DNA of 64,000 nucleotides from an uncultured delta proteobacterium (GTDB lineage Bacteria > Desulfobacterota > Binatia > Binatales > Binataceae): positions 3,264,001-3,328,000 of the forward strand of contig CAWEEQ010000004.1 in the NCBI GenBank assembly GCA_963808235.1. Reading direction: 5' to 3'. How positions within the stretch are numbered: position 1 is the first letter of the stretch; the number at the start of each line of letters is the position of its first letter. Positions 29,565 to 39,310 of the stretch are shown here, one piece after another. The notes under the pieces are model-generated. The model was not told the DNA's origin. It did no database searches and worked only from the letters and a program-made list of their open reading frames with translations. Both the position numbers and the translations under genes were made by a program.

Positions 29565-30791
29565 ATGATCCCAGTAATTGTAGTTTTACTTGTCCTCTCG
29601 ACCTTCGTGGTCGCCTTCATCTTTTACCGCATAATCGGCAAGCGCGAGCGTTTAGCCGAGGCCAATCGCGACGACGACGAAGCTGATGCGACCCGCCTGC
29701 AATCGATGAAAGACGCGCTGGGCCTGCTGATTGGGCCCTTCCCGCTCTCAGTCGCTCTGCACGTTATCGCCCTCCTGTTCCTGATCATCACGGTCCACGA
29801 ACAGCGCGGACGCGAACTGATCATGGTGAACCTGGAAGCAGGCGGCGGCGGAGGCGGGGGCAACGAGATGCAGGATCTCGATATGCCTGAAGTGCCGATG
29901 CCCGACACGGCGCCGCAGCAGATGGAGCAGCCGACCGCGGTCGACACCTCGCAAGCGGTGGGCCTGGCCAATGATTACGTGCGCGCGGCCGGCGGCGGCG
30001 GAATCGGAATCGGGCGCGGCGGCGGCATGGGCTCGGGCTACGGACACGGAATCGGCTCAGGGTTCGGCGGCTTTATAGGCGAACTGCGGCGCAAGGGACT
30101 CGACGTGGTGCTGGTCATCGACGGGACCGGCTCGATGAACCTGATCATCGACGATGTGAAAGCCAAGATGGCGCAACTGGTCCAGTCGATCCATCGGCTG
30201 GTGCCGATCGCGCGCATCGGGATCATCGTGTTCGGTGGCAAGGGCGAGAAGATGAGAATCCAGCCGCTGACGCTGTCACCGCAGAAGCTTGGCGACTTTT
30301 TGAACAGCATCCAGGCGATGGGCGGCGGCGAATGGGAAGAGGATACCTACGGCGCGTGCGAGCAGGCGATGGAGCGGATGGACTGGAAGCCGTACGCCAA
30401 GAAGGTGGTGGTGCTGGTCGGCGACTCGCCACCGCACAAAGAGGACTTCGGTCCGCTGCTCGCAATGATCCGCAAGTTCAAGGACAACAACGGCACCTTC
30501 AACACGGTTGACGTAGCGGCGGAAGAGCATGAACGGTTCGAGCGCGAGTTCTGGCTGAAGGTGCATCGCGAAGAGCCGCCCAAGATCTCGCCGCTGCCGG
30601 AGTTCTACCGGCAGACCCAGGCGGCGTACAAAGTGCTCGCGAGCGCCGGTGGCGGCTCGATGAAATCGCTGACCAAGGACGCGAAAATCAACCAGCAGGT
30701 GCTGATCCTCGCCTTCGGCGAACAATGGCAATCGCAAGTCTCCGCCTTCGGCCGAGGCCTCGGCGGCGGCTCGGGTGGCGGCGGCGAGTAA
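29565..30791 (+). CDS. Membrane-anchored vWA-domain protein with TonB/TolA-type S-x3-H anchor
   Basis: Two hydrophobic segments, the second LSVALHVIALLFL; Pro/Gly-rich spacer; vWA motifs LDVVLVIDGTGSM, GGGEWEE, VLVGDSPPH. Confidence 0.85.
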   Translation: MIPVIVVLLVLSTFVVAFIFYRIIGKRERLAEANRDDDEADATRLQSMKDALGLLIGPFPLSVALHVIALLFLIITVHEQRGRELIMVNLEAGGGGGGGNEMQDLDMPEVPMPDTAPQQMEQPTAVDTSQAVGLANDYVRAAGGGGIGIGRGGGMGSGYGHGIGSGFGGFIGELRRKGLDVVLVIDGTGSMNLIIDDVKAKMAQLVQSIHRLVPIARIGIIVFGGKGEKMRIQPLTLSPQKLGDFLNSIQAMGGGEWEEDTYGACEQAMERMDWKPYAKKVVVLVGDSPPHKEDFGPLLAMIRKFKDNNGTFNTVDVAAEEHERFEREFWLKVHREEPPKISPLPEFYRQTQAAYKVLASAGGGSMKSLTKDAKINQQVLILAFGEQWQSQVSAFGRGLGGGSGGGGE

Positions 30792-30844
30792 AAGTAAATA
30801 TATGGGACCGGCCCGTCGTCCAGTATGATCAGGGCCAGGACGCC

Positions 30845-31438
30845 ATGAAAAACTTCAGGATACTTAGCGCGGTCGCCGTTGCGGCCGCGCTTTTCTTTTC
30901 GCAAGGCGTAACCCATGCGCTTGCGATGGATCTGCGGCATGCACGCGCGCAGAAGGATCTCACGCCTGCGCTTCAGCAGTCGCTCGAGGACAAACTCTCC
31001 GACGTGGCCGAGCCTTACTTCAACGAACAGGACGAGGCGAAAACCAAGGGCGGGAAGTACCTCGACTTGCAGCAAAAGTTCGAATACCTGCCGACCTACG
31101 GACCGCGCGGGCAGCTGACGGTGAGCTGCAAGATGGGCGGCGTCGAGTATGACCTCTCGAAGAAAGACGCGAAGGGCGCCACCTCCAAGGGCCTCGCAAC
31201 CGGCGTGTTGAAATACCTGGTCTTCACGTACGCACTGGAAGGTGGAAAATGGGTCCAGGTCGCGAAGCCGAAGTGGGAATCGCAGGATCTCGGCGTCGCG
31301 GGCGCCAAGCAGATGAGAGAGAGCCTCGCACGCGGCGAACAGCGCAAAGCCGCGATGCAAAAATCGATGCAGACTCATCAGGCCGCGTCCGCAGCCGCCG
31401 CTGCCGCTCAGAAAGCCGCCGACAGATCGAGCCAGTAA
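30845..31438 (+). CDS. Secreted hypothetical protein
   Basis: Sec signal MKNFRILSAVAVAAALFF...ALA; AGGA RBS; GC-type codon usage. Confidence 0.75.
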   Translation: MKNFRILSAVAVAAALFFSQGVTHALAMDLRHARAQKDLTPALQQSLEDKLSDVAEPYFNEQDEAKTKGGKYLDLQQKFEYLPTYGPRGQLTVSCKMGGVEYDLSKKDAKGATSKGLATGVLKYLVFTYALEGGKWVQVAKPKWESQDLGVAGAKQMRESLARGEQRKAAMQKSMQTHQAASAAAAAAQKAADRSSQ

Positions 31439-31470
31439 GCACGACGCCCCTATTAGCCTCGCTCTGACAG

Positions 31471-31827
31471 GAGACCCTTGCATAACCGGCTGTTGGAGTT
31501 GGCGCTACAGCGCTCGCGCGCTCTTTTTGTGTCATCCTGACCGAAGCGAGCAACGCGAGCGTAGCGCAACGACCTCGGACCGCTTCGCGCAATCGAAGCC
31601 GGTTCCGGTTTCGAGTCACCGCGTCCAATCCATCCGTCGTCCTGAAAGGAAGCTTCTGGAGTCGAAGGACCTCCGCGAAACGACGCTTTCTTACTGACGC
31701 GCTCTTTTTTTGTGTCATTCTGAGCGCAGCGAAGAAACCCGAATCTTTCTCGGAGCAAAACACTTCGACTTCACTTAGGCTTGCGAAGCCGACCTGCTCC
31801 GAATTCAATATACAGTTATGCAAAGGG
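31471..31827. mobile_element. MITE-like/IS-remnant element with imperfect terminal inverted repeats and internal REP-like units
   Basis: Left GAGACCCTTGCATAAC versus right GTTATGCAAAGGG; three internal GTC(A/G)T(C/T)CTGA units; no transposase ORF. Confidence 0.5.
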
Positions 31828-31966
31828 AAAGGCCGACGCTCTTCGCGTAGCGGTCAGTAAAAAACGAGCGGCGGCTGAGGGTCACTTCGGCAAGTCGATT
31901 TGGAGAAACCGAAGAAAGTGATCAAGCCGCTTACTCGCCAACGAGCCTGTAGCCTCGAGACTCGGG

Positions 31967-33415
31967 TCACCCGCCTGACGCGGCGGCGCGATCGACAGCG
32001 TTGCTCTGCACCCGGCTATGGAACCGGCCGTAACCGAAATAGATAAACATCCCGATCGCGAGCCATACGAAGAAGCGAATCCAGGTCACGAGCGGAAGAC
32101 TCGCCATCAGGTAAAGACAGAAGACCACGCCAAGAATCGGCACCAGCGGCACGAACGGGGTGCGGAACGGGCGCCTCAGCTCCGGCTCGACGCGGCGCAA
32201 AATCCACACTCCGGCGCATACCAGCACGAACGCGAACAGCGTCCCGATATTGGTCAGCTCCGCGATTTCCTGGATCGGCAGCAGCGCCGCCGTGATTCCA
32301 ACCGCGAAGCCGGTCAGGGTGGTGGGAATGTACGGGGTGCGATATTTCGGATGAATCCGGCTGAACGCCGGCGGCAGCAATCCGTCGCGTGAGACCGCGA
32401 AGAATACCCGCGACTGCCCGAGCATCAGCACCAGCAGCACCGAGGTCAGCCCCGCGACCGCGCCGAGCGAGATGAATCCCGACAGCGCATGCATCCCGCG
32501 CAGCACGAATGCCGACGCGAGCGGCGCGTTCACGTCTATATCATGCGCCGGGACCATCCCGGTCAGCACGCCGGCGACCAGGATATATAGCAGCGTGCAT
32601 ACGAACAGAGAGCCGAGGATACCGCGCGGCAGATCGCGATTAGGCTCGACTACTTCCTCCGCGGCGGTCGAAACCGCGTCGAATCCGATGTACGCGAAGA
32701 AGATCACCGCCGCGCCCTTCATCACTCCGCTCCAGCCCATCGGCGCAAACGGACTCCAGTTCTGCGGTTCGACGAAAAACGCGCCGACCACGATCACCGC
32801 GCCGATCACCGACAGCTTTATCCCAACGATGATCGAGTTGAGCCGTGCGCTCTCGGAAATCCCGATATACAGCACGTAGGTGATCAGAAGAACGATGAGC
32901 AGCGCGGGTAGGTTGATGATCGCACCCGGCTTCGATCCGGGAGCATTCGTCAGCGCAACTGGCAGATGTATCCCGAGCCCGTGGAGGATGACGGTCAGGT
33001 AGCCGGACCATCCCACTGCGACCGCGGCTGCGCCGACCGCGTACTCGAGCACCAGGTCCCATCCGATGATCCAGCCGACCAGCTCACCCATCGTCGCGTA
33101 TGAATATGAGTACGCGCTGCCGGCCACGGGGATCATCGCGGCGAACTCCGCATAGCATAGCGCCGCCATCGCGCACGCGAATCCTGAAACGACGAATGAA
33201 AGCACGATCGCGGGGCCGGCATATCGCGCGGCGGCAACTCCGGTCAGCACGAATATTCCCGCGCCGACGATCGCGCCGATGCCGAGCAGAGTCAGGTCGA
33301 GGGCTCCTAGAGCGCGTTTGAGGCCTCCCGAGCGCGAGTCCGCGTCGGCCATCAATGCCGCAATCGGTTTGCGCCGGAAAATTTGTGCTCTGAGACCGGT
33401 GCCGTTCATCCCCAC
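31967..33415 (-). CDS. APC-family amino acid permease
   Basis: LGIGAIVGAGIF, CYAEFAAMIPVAGSAY, FFAYIGFD, NIGTLFAF. Confidence 0.93.
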   Translation of the reverse strand: MGMNGTGLRAQIFRRKPIAALMADADSRSGGLKRALGALDLTLLGIGAIVGAGIFVLTGVAAARYAGPAIVLSFVVSGFACAMAALCYAEFAAMIPVAGSAYSYSYATMGELVGWIIGWDLVLEYAVGAAAVAVGWSGYLTVILHGLGIHLPVALTNAPGSKPGAIINLPALLIVLLITYVLYIGISESARLNSIIVGIKLSVIGAVIVVGAFFVEPQNWSPFAPMGWSGVMKGAAVIFFAYIGFDAVSTAAEEVVEPNRDLPRGILGSLFVCTLLYILVAGVLTGMVPAHDIDVNAPLASAFVLRGMHALSGFISLGAVAGLTSVLLVLMLGQSRVFFAVSRDGLLPPAFSRIHPKYRTPYIPTTLTGFAVGITAALLPIQEIAELTNIGTLFAFVLVCAGVWILRRVEPELRRPFRTPFVPLVPILGVVFCLYLMASLPLVTWIRFFVWLAIGMFIYFGYGRFHSRVQSNAVDRAAASGG

Positions 33416-33440
33416 TCCCCCTATGCGGCGCGCGATGCGC

Positions 33441-34223
33441 TCACCACGCCTGGTATCCGCCGTCCACTGAGATTACTGATCCGGTAACGTAGCTTGAGGC
33501 GGGCCCCGCAAGGAAGATGACCGCGCCGCGAACTTCATCGGGCAGCCCCAACCGCTTCATCGGCGTGAACGCTTCCATCCGCGATTTGTTCGCCGGCTTC
33601 GCCATGCCCGCTTCAGTCGCCTCGGTGGGAATCCATCCCGGCGCGATCGCGTTGACGAGAATGTTGTAGCCCGCCCATTCCACCGCGAGTTGGCGGGTCA
33701 AGTTCGCCAGCGCCGCCTTGCTCGCCGCATACGCCGATAGCCGATACACCGAACTCGCCACCGACGCATATATCGAGACCATGTTGATGATTCTGCCGGG
33801 CTTGCCTGTCTCGATTAGACGGCGCGCGACCCGCTGCGAGAGCATCATGGGCGCGGTCAGATTCACCGCGATCGCTTCGTCCCACGCCTCGCGCTTGAAA
33901 TTCTCGGCGCGGCCGGTCGGGGAGACTCCCGCGTTGTTCACCAATATATCGATATCGCCGAGCGCCGCCGCCGACTCCGCCATCATGCGATCCAGATCGG
34001 CCTCGCGCGTTACGTCGGCGCCGATTCCAATCGCCTTGATACCGTGCGCCTTTGCGAGCTCCGCTGCGATCCGCTTGACGCGATCCTCGCGCCGCGCGAC
34101 TAGCGCAACGTCCGCACCCGCGAGCGCGAGCGCCTTCGCACACTCCACTCCCAGGCCCGACGACGCGCCGGTGACCAGCCCGCGATGCCCTCGCAGCGAG
34201 AAAAGCGATTCGAGCGAATCCAT
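33441..34223 (-). CDS. Short-chain dehydrogenase/reductase
   Basis: TGASSGLG, NNAG, YAASK, NAIAPG, VDGG. Confidence 0.92.
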   Translation of the reverse strand: MDSLESLFSLRGHRGLVTGASSGLGVECAKALALAGADVALVARREDRVKRIAAELAKAHGIKAIGIGADVTREADLDRMMAESAAALGDIDILVNNAGVSPTGRAENFKREAWDEAIAVNLTAPMMLSQRVARRLIETGKPGRIINMVSIYASVASSVYRLSAYAASKAALANLTRQLAVEWAGYNILVNAIAPGWIPTEATEAGMAKPANKSRMEAFTPMKRLGLPDEVRGAVIFLAGPASSYVTGSVISVDGGYQAW

Positions 34224-34256
34224 TTCGTGAATCCTTGTGCGCGCGAACGAGGCTCG

Positions 34257-35303
34257 TCAGTCGCCGAATACTTCGCCCGCCGCCTGCGCCGCTGCGGCCA
34301 CCGCGCGATCGATATCGGCGCGCGTGACTCCATGATGCGTCACGGCGCGAAACGAGGTCGCCTCGCGCATCGAGATCAGAACGTCGCGCTCTTTCATTGC
34401 CGCCGCGAAGCGCCGCGCCGCCTCGGCGTCGCCGTCAACATCGAACACCACCATGTTGGTGCGATTCGTCACCGGACGGACATTGAGGCCCGCAACCAGC
34501 GCGAAGCCCTGCGCGAGTGCGCGCGCATTTTGATGATCGTCTGCGAGCCGATCGACCATTGTCGTCAGCGCGACGATTCCCGCCGCCGCGATAATTCCCG
34601 CCTGGCGCATCCCGCCGCCGAGCACCTTGCGGGTCCGATGCGCCCGCGCGACAAATTCCTTGCTCCCGCACAAAAGCGAGCCGACTGGACACGAGAGCCC
34701 CTTGGATAGACAGAACGAAACCGTGTCGGCATAGCTCGCGATATCTTTCGCGGTAGTCTCGAGCGCAACTGCCGCGTTGAAAATTCGCGCGCCGTCCAGA
34801 TGCGTCGGCAGCCCGCGGCGATGCGCCGCCTCGGAAACTTCCGCCATGTGCGACAGCTTGATCGGCGCGCCGCCGCATCGGTTGTGCGTATTCTCGATCA
34901 CCACCAGCGCCGGCTGCGCAAAATGCGCGTCTCCCGAGGTTCCAAGCTCGCGTCTAAGTCCGTCGAGATCCAACTCGCCCGCTTCGGTGTTCGCGACGGG
35001 AGTGAGCACGATGCCTCCCAGAGCCGACGCGCCGCCCGCCTCGTAAAGATTGGTATGCGACTCCGCGCCGACGATCGCCTTGGTACCGCGCGCGCAATGG
35101 GTCAGCATCGCGGCCAGGTTGCCCATCGTCCCGCTCGGCACCAGCAGCGCGTCTTCCTTGCCGGTCATCGAGGCCGCCATCGCTTCGAGCCGGTTCACGC
35201 AGGGGTCCTCGCCGTAGACATCGTCGCCCAGCTCGGCGCGAACGATCGCCTCGCGCATCTCGGGCGTCGGTAGGGTGACAGTATCGCTGCGCAGATCGAT
35301 CAA
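34257..35303 (-). CDS. ltaE: Low-specificity L-threonine aldolase
   Basis: IDLRSDTVT, GDDVYGED, SGTMGN, ENTHN, HLDGARIFNA, CLSKGL; TTG start inferred. Confidence 0.92.
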   Translation of the reverse strand: MIDLRSDTVTLPTPEMREAIVRAELGDDVYGEDPCVNRLEAMAASMTGKEDALLVPSGTMGNLAAMLTHCARGTKAIVGAESHTNLYEAGGASALGGIVLTPVANTEAGELDLDGLRRELGTSGDAHFAQPALVVIENTHNRCGGAPIKLSHMAEVSEAAHRRGLPTHLDGARIFNAAVALETTAKDIASYADTVSFCLSKGLSCPVGSLLCGSKEFVARAHRTRKVLGGGMRQAGIIAAAGIVALTTMVDRLADDHQNARALAQGFALVAGLNVRPVTNRTNMVVFDVDGDAEAARRFAAAMKERDVLISMREATSFRAVTHHGVTRADIDRAVAAAAQAAGEVFGD

Positions 35304-35329
35304 AACGCGACGCTCATCGCGGGCCTGAG

Positions 35330-36385
35330 TTACTGCCCCGCAGGATACAGGGTGGTGACGTTGCCGCTGCTCGTATCGACGACCTCGACCGCGTTTTCGG
35401 TGGTGTCGGAGAAGTAGAGCTGCTTGCCATCGCTGCTGAGCGCGCATCCGGAACCGATATGGCCGTTGACCAGCGTCAACTTGGTTACAGTGTTGGCACT
35501 GAGGTCGATCTTGCGGACTGAATGGTTGTCGGCGTCGAGCACGTAGAGCGCGGTTCCGTCCGTGCAGATCGCGCCCGGATTGTCGAACTGAGCTTGCAGC
35601 GCGGGACCGTCCTTGTCCCCTTCTTCGCCGGTACCGGCAATCGTGGTGGTCTCCATCGAAGAAAGATCGATCTTGCGAATCACGTCGTTGCCGGTGTCCG
35701 CGACGTAAATCGCCTTCTTGTCGACGGCGACTCCGCGCGGACCACTGAACTGCGATTTGCTCGCGGCGCCATCGGTCTTGCCCGACGTTCCCGGCTGCCC
35801 GGCAATCGTCTTGACGGTCATGTCGGCAAGCGTGATGCGCCGGATTGCGCTGTTGCCGCTGTCCGCGATGTACAGCGCTTGTCCGTCGGTCGCGATCTGC
35901 GTCGGGAGATTAAAGTGCGCCGCGGTTCCATGGCCGTCTTCGGTGCCGGCGATATTTGCCGTACCCGCAATCGTCGTGACAGTCCGGCTCGGGATGTTCA
36001 CCTTGCGGATGTCGGAATTATTGGTATCGCACAGGTAGAGATCCTGTCCGACGATCGTCATCCCGTCGGGACTGTTGAAGCGCGCCGCGTCGCCGATTCC
36101 GTCGTTGCTGCCTTGCTGAAATGTTGTCCCCGCTACGATCGTCAGCGATTTCGACGTAAGATCGATCGCCGTGATCGTATTGTTGCGGCTGCTCGAAACA
36201 TAAGCCGCGCGCCCATCGGTCGCGAGCCCGGCGGGAAAATCGAGGCGCGGTCCGGTCTGAGATTGCATCCCGCTTATCGGCGATTGCGCCTTCGCGGGTC
36301 CGCCCGCGGCAAGTATCGCGAGCATCGCGCCTGAAGCCAGAATCCATTTCAATGAAGATGCCGACGGTGTCATCTGCGACCTCAC
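35330..36385 (-). CDS. Secreted NHL-repeat beta-propeller protein
   Basis: Signal peptide; repeated ARFNSPDG / LYIADSGNSAIRRI / TIAG units. Confidence 0.88.
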   Translation of the reverse strand: MRSQMTPSASSLKWILASGAMLAILAAGGPAKAQSPISGMQSQTGPRLDFPAGLATDGRAAYVSSSRNNTITAIDLTSKSLTIVAGTTFQQGSNDGIGDAARFNSPDGMTIVGQDLYLCDTNNSDIRKVNIPSRTVTTIAGTANIAGTEDGHGTAAHFNLPTQIATDGQALYIADSGNSAIRRITLADMTVKTIAGQPGTSGKTDGAASKSQFSGPRGVAVDKKAIYVADTGNDVIRKIDLSSMETTTIAGTGEEGDKDGPALQAQFDNPGAICTDGTALYVLDADNHSVRKIDLSANTVTKLTLVNGHIGSGCALSSDGKQLYFSDTTENAVEVVDTSSGNVTTLYPAGQ

Positions 36386-36426
36386 TCAGGTTTGTTGCCG
36401 GTTGCCACGCGCGCTCTGTCCGCAAC

Positions 36427-37293
36427 TTATGGAAAGATCGCTTTCACTACTTCGTCGATTGCCCGCTTGCTGTCCGCTTCGTCCGTCAGCGACCACGTGA
36501 CCGCGACCGTCGCCGCGCGCCGCGGCGCGATTCCCTGCCGGATCAGTTCGCCGGCATAGATCAGCAACCGCGTCGAGACGCCTTCTTCCAGTCCCGACGC
36601 CTTCAGATGCCGCACCTTCTCGCCCAGCACCGCGAGTTGCATCGCGATATCTTGCTCGACTCCGGCTTCGTGCGCGATGATCTCGACTTCCTTGTCAGCC
36701 GGCGGATAGGTGAATTCGATCGTCACGAAACGCTGACGGGTCGAATGCTTCAGGTTTTTCTGGATGCTCTGGTAGCCCGGGTTGTACGAGATTACGAGCA
36801 GGAAACCGTCGTGCGCCTCGATCGTCTCACCGCGCTTTTCAATCGGCAGAATTCGCCGATGATCCGACAACGGATGTATCAGGACGGTGGTGTCCTTGCG
36901 CGCTTCCACCACTTCGTCGAGATAGCAAATCGCGCCGCGCCGCACCGCCTGGGTCAGCGGCCCGTCGACCCACACCGTTTCGTCGGCCTGGATCAGAAAG
37001 CGTCCCACCAGGTCGCTGCCGGTCAGGTCCTCGTGGCACGCGACCGTGATCAGCTCGTTGGGCCCGTCGGGCAGCGAAGCCAGTTGATGCGCCATGTGCT
37101 CGACGAAACGCGTTTTGCCGCATCCCGTGGGTCCCTTGAGGAGCACCGGCAGGCGCGCCTTGTACGCGGCGGTAAAGATTTCCACCTCGTCGCCGATCGG
37201 CAGATAAAAAGGCGCCGCCGCTGGATCGAGGTGGCGTACCTCCGGTCCCTCGGCCTGCAGCCGGGTGTCGAACTTTTTTAACTCAATCCCCAT
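36427..37293 (-). CDS. CbbQ/NirQ/NorQ-family AAA+ ATPase
   Basis: [56 protein letters not shown]. Confidence 0.93.
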   Translation of the reverse strand: MGIELKKFDTRLQAEGPEVRHLDPAAAPFYLPIGDEVEIFTAAYKARLPVLLKGPTGCGKTRFVEHMAHQLASLPDGPNELITVACHEDLTGSDLVGRFLIQADETVWVDGPLTQAVRRGAICYLDEVVEARKDTTVLIHPLSDHRRILPIEKRGETIEAHDGFLLVISYNPGYQSIQKNLKHSTRQRFVTIEFTYPPADKEVEIIAHEAGVEQDIAMQLAVLGEKVRHLKASGLEEGVSTRLLIYAGELIRQGIAPRRAATVAVTWSLTDEADSKRAIDEVVKAIFP

Positions 37294-37416
37294 CGGTTCC
37301 TTCTGGCGGACGGATTGCAAACGTCTAGGGCGCGATTCTAAGAGACTTCCGCGCAAGCATTCAAGGCAAGCAGGGGGCCAACCCCGCGCCCAATGCGGAG
37401 CCCAATGCGGGATTCC

Positions 37417-38853
37417 TCACGCGCGACGTGGCTGATAGGTCGCGGTGCCGTCGCGGCTATCCTTGACCTCGTACCCGCGAGCCTCCAATTCCTTGCGCAG
37501 TTGATCGGCGAGGTTGAAGTCCTTGGCCTTTCGCGCCGCCGCACGATTATCGATCAGTTGCTGCACGTCCGCGGGAAGTTCGGCCGCGAGCGCGGATTCC
37601 CGATGCTTTTCCAGATCGAGTCCCAGCACTGCGTCGAGCGCCCGCAGCGTCGGCCACGCGGCGAAGTCCTTGCGCCGGTATGCCTCCGCGATCAGTTCCC
37701 GAGCCACCGCGAGAGCTTGCGGCGTATTCAGATCGTTGTTGATCGCGTCATGAAAGCGCTCGTAATATTCCGCCGCCCAGCCCGGACTCTCGATCCCTTC
37801 GGCCGCAGATTCCGGGGGAACGTTGCGCGCGAACTCCCAAAAATAATCCAGGTTGCTCTGCGCCGCGCGGATCGCCTCATCGCTAAAGACGATCTCCGAG
37901 CGATACTTTGCGCCGAGGCAGAAAAGCCGGAACGCTAGCGGATCGATTCCCGCCTCCGTGAGATCGGCCAGCAGCGGGAACTTGCCCGCGCTCTTGCTGA
38001 TCTTGGTGCCCTCCTTGCCGACCAGGAACGCGTTATGCACGAAGTAGCGCACGAACGGCTTATGCGTCGCGCTCTCCGACTGCGCGATTTCGTTCTCATG
38101 ATGCACCGGGATGTGATCGATTCCTCCGGTATGAATGTCGATCGTCTCGCCAAGGTACTTCATAGACATCGCGGAGCACTCGATATTCCAGCCAGGATAG
38201 CCGCGTCCCCACGGACTCTCCCATTGCATCAGGTGCTCCGGCTGGTTCAGCACCCACAGCACAAAATCATGCGGACTCCGCTTATCCGCGGAATGCTCGA
38301 GCCGCTGACCTGCATCCTGTTCATCGAGGCTCTGGCGCGAGAGCCGCCCGACGCGATTCTCACCGCGATATCTTTCAAGATCGAAATAAACGCCGCTTTT
38401 GGTTACGTACGCGAATCCAGCCTCGAGGATCCTCGCGATAAGCGCGATCATGTCGGCAATATGATCGGTCGCGCGGCACAGGTACGGTGCCGGTGGCAGT
38501 ACGATGTTCAATCGGGCGCAATCGCGCTCGAACAGTTCCAGGTATTGATTTGCGATCTCGAGTGGAGATTTCCCCTCCGCGCGTGCGGTTTTCTCAATCT
38601 TGTCCTCGCCTTCATCAACGTCGCCGGTCATGTGTCCGACGTCGGTGACGTTCATCACGTGACGTACGTGATAGCCGTTGAACGCGAGTGCGCGTCTGAA
38701 GCTGTCGACGAAAACATAGGCGCGCATGTTGCCGAGATGCTGCGGTAGGTACACCGTCGGGCCGCACGAGTAGAGCGTCACGTTGGGCGGAGCGAGCGCC
38801 TGGAATTCCTCGACCGCGCGGTCGAGCGTATTGAAGATGTGAAATGGCTTCAC
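37417..38853 (-). CDS. cysS: Cysteine--tRNA ligase
   Basis: YSCGPTVY, HLGN, NVTDVGH, WESPWGRGYPGW, ECSAMS, HHENEIAQ, KISKS; GTG start inferred. Confidence 0.93.
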   Translation of the reverse strand: MKPFHIFNTLDRAVEEFQALAPPNVTLYSCGPTVYLPQHLGNMRAYVFVDSFRRALAFNGYHVRHVMNVTDVGHMTGDVDEGEDKIEKTARAEGKSPLEIANQYLELFERDCARLNIVLPPAPYLCRATDHIADMIALIARILEAGFAYVTKSGVYFDLERYRGENRVGRLSRQSLDEQDAGQRLEHSADKRSPHDFVLWVLNQPEHLMQWESPWGRGYPGWNIECSAMSMKYLGETIDIHTGGIDHIPVHHENEIAQSESATHKPFVRYFVHNAFLVGKEGTKISKSAGKFPLLADLTEAGIDPLAFRLFCLGAKYRSEIVFSDEAIRAAQSNLDYFWEFARNVPPESAAEGIESPGWAAEYYERFHDAINNDLNTPQALAVARELIAEAYRRKDFAAWPTLRALDAVLGLDLEKHRESALAAELPADVQQLIDNRAAARKAKDFNLADQLRKELEARGYEVKDSRDGTATYQPRRA

Positions 38854-38867
38854 TGCGAGACGCCGCG

Positions 38868-39296
38868 CTAGTGCGCTCCGGCCACCGGCGTCTTCAACCT
38901 TCCCTGCGCGTCGCGCGCGTAGCGCGAGGCCGCGATTCGCTTGTACTGCCGATCCGCCAGCCACGCGTACGGCGGGATGTACCACAAGTACGCGAGATAG
39001 CCTTTGAGCCCGCGCTGCCGGCGCAGAATTTCGTTAATCGCGCGAGCGCCGCGGTAAACGCGCCCACTGTCGTCCACCGCGTGCAACTCTTCGAGCAAAT
39101 TTTCGAGCTTCAAATCGGGAAACTTCGCGCGCACCTCTTCGTCATTCAGATCAAACGGCTCGATCAACCCCGAGTTGTCGAACTGGTTGATTCCATCGAC
39201 GCTGGCGCGGCACAGCTCGCACGACCCGTCGAACAGAATCGCAAGCTTGCCCTCCGACGCTCTACCGCCGCTCGCCGATTCGTCGCGTGCGCTCAT
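38868..39296 (-). CDS. DCC1-like thiol-disulfide oxidoreductase (DUF393)
   Basis: ILFDGSCELC (DxxCxxC), YKRIAASRY. Confidence 0.85.
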   Translation of the reverse strand: MSARDESASGGRASEGKLAILFDGSCELCRASVDGINQFDNSGLIEPFDLNDEEVRAKFPDLKLENLLEELHAVDDSGRVYRGARAINEILRRQRGLKGYLAYLWYIPPYAWLADRQYKRIAASRYARDAQGRLKTPVAGAH

Positions 39297-39310
39297 ACTC
39301 CGGCGGCCCT

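Noticed and set aside
29565-37293. vWA protein as the missing adaptor of the NorQ ATPase
   Set aside because: The vWA domain appears periplasmic (after two TM helices), does not resemble NorD/CbbO, and belongs to a different operon.
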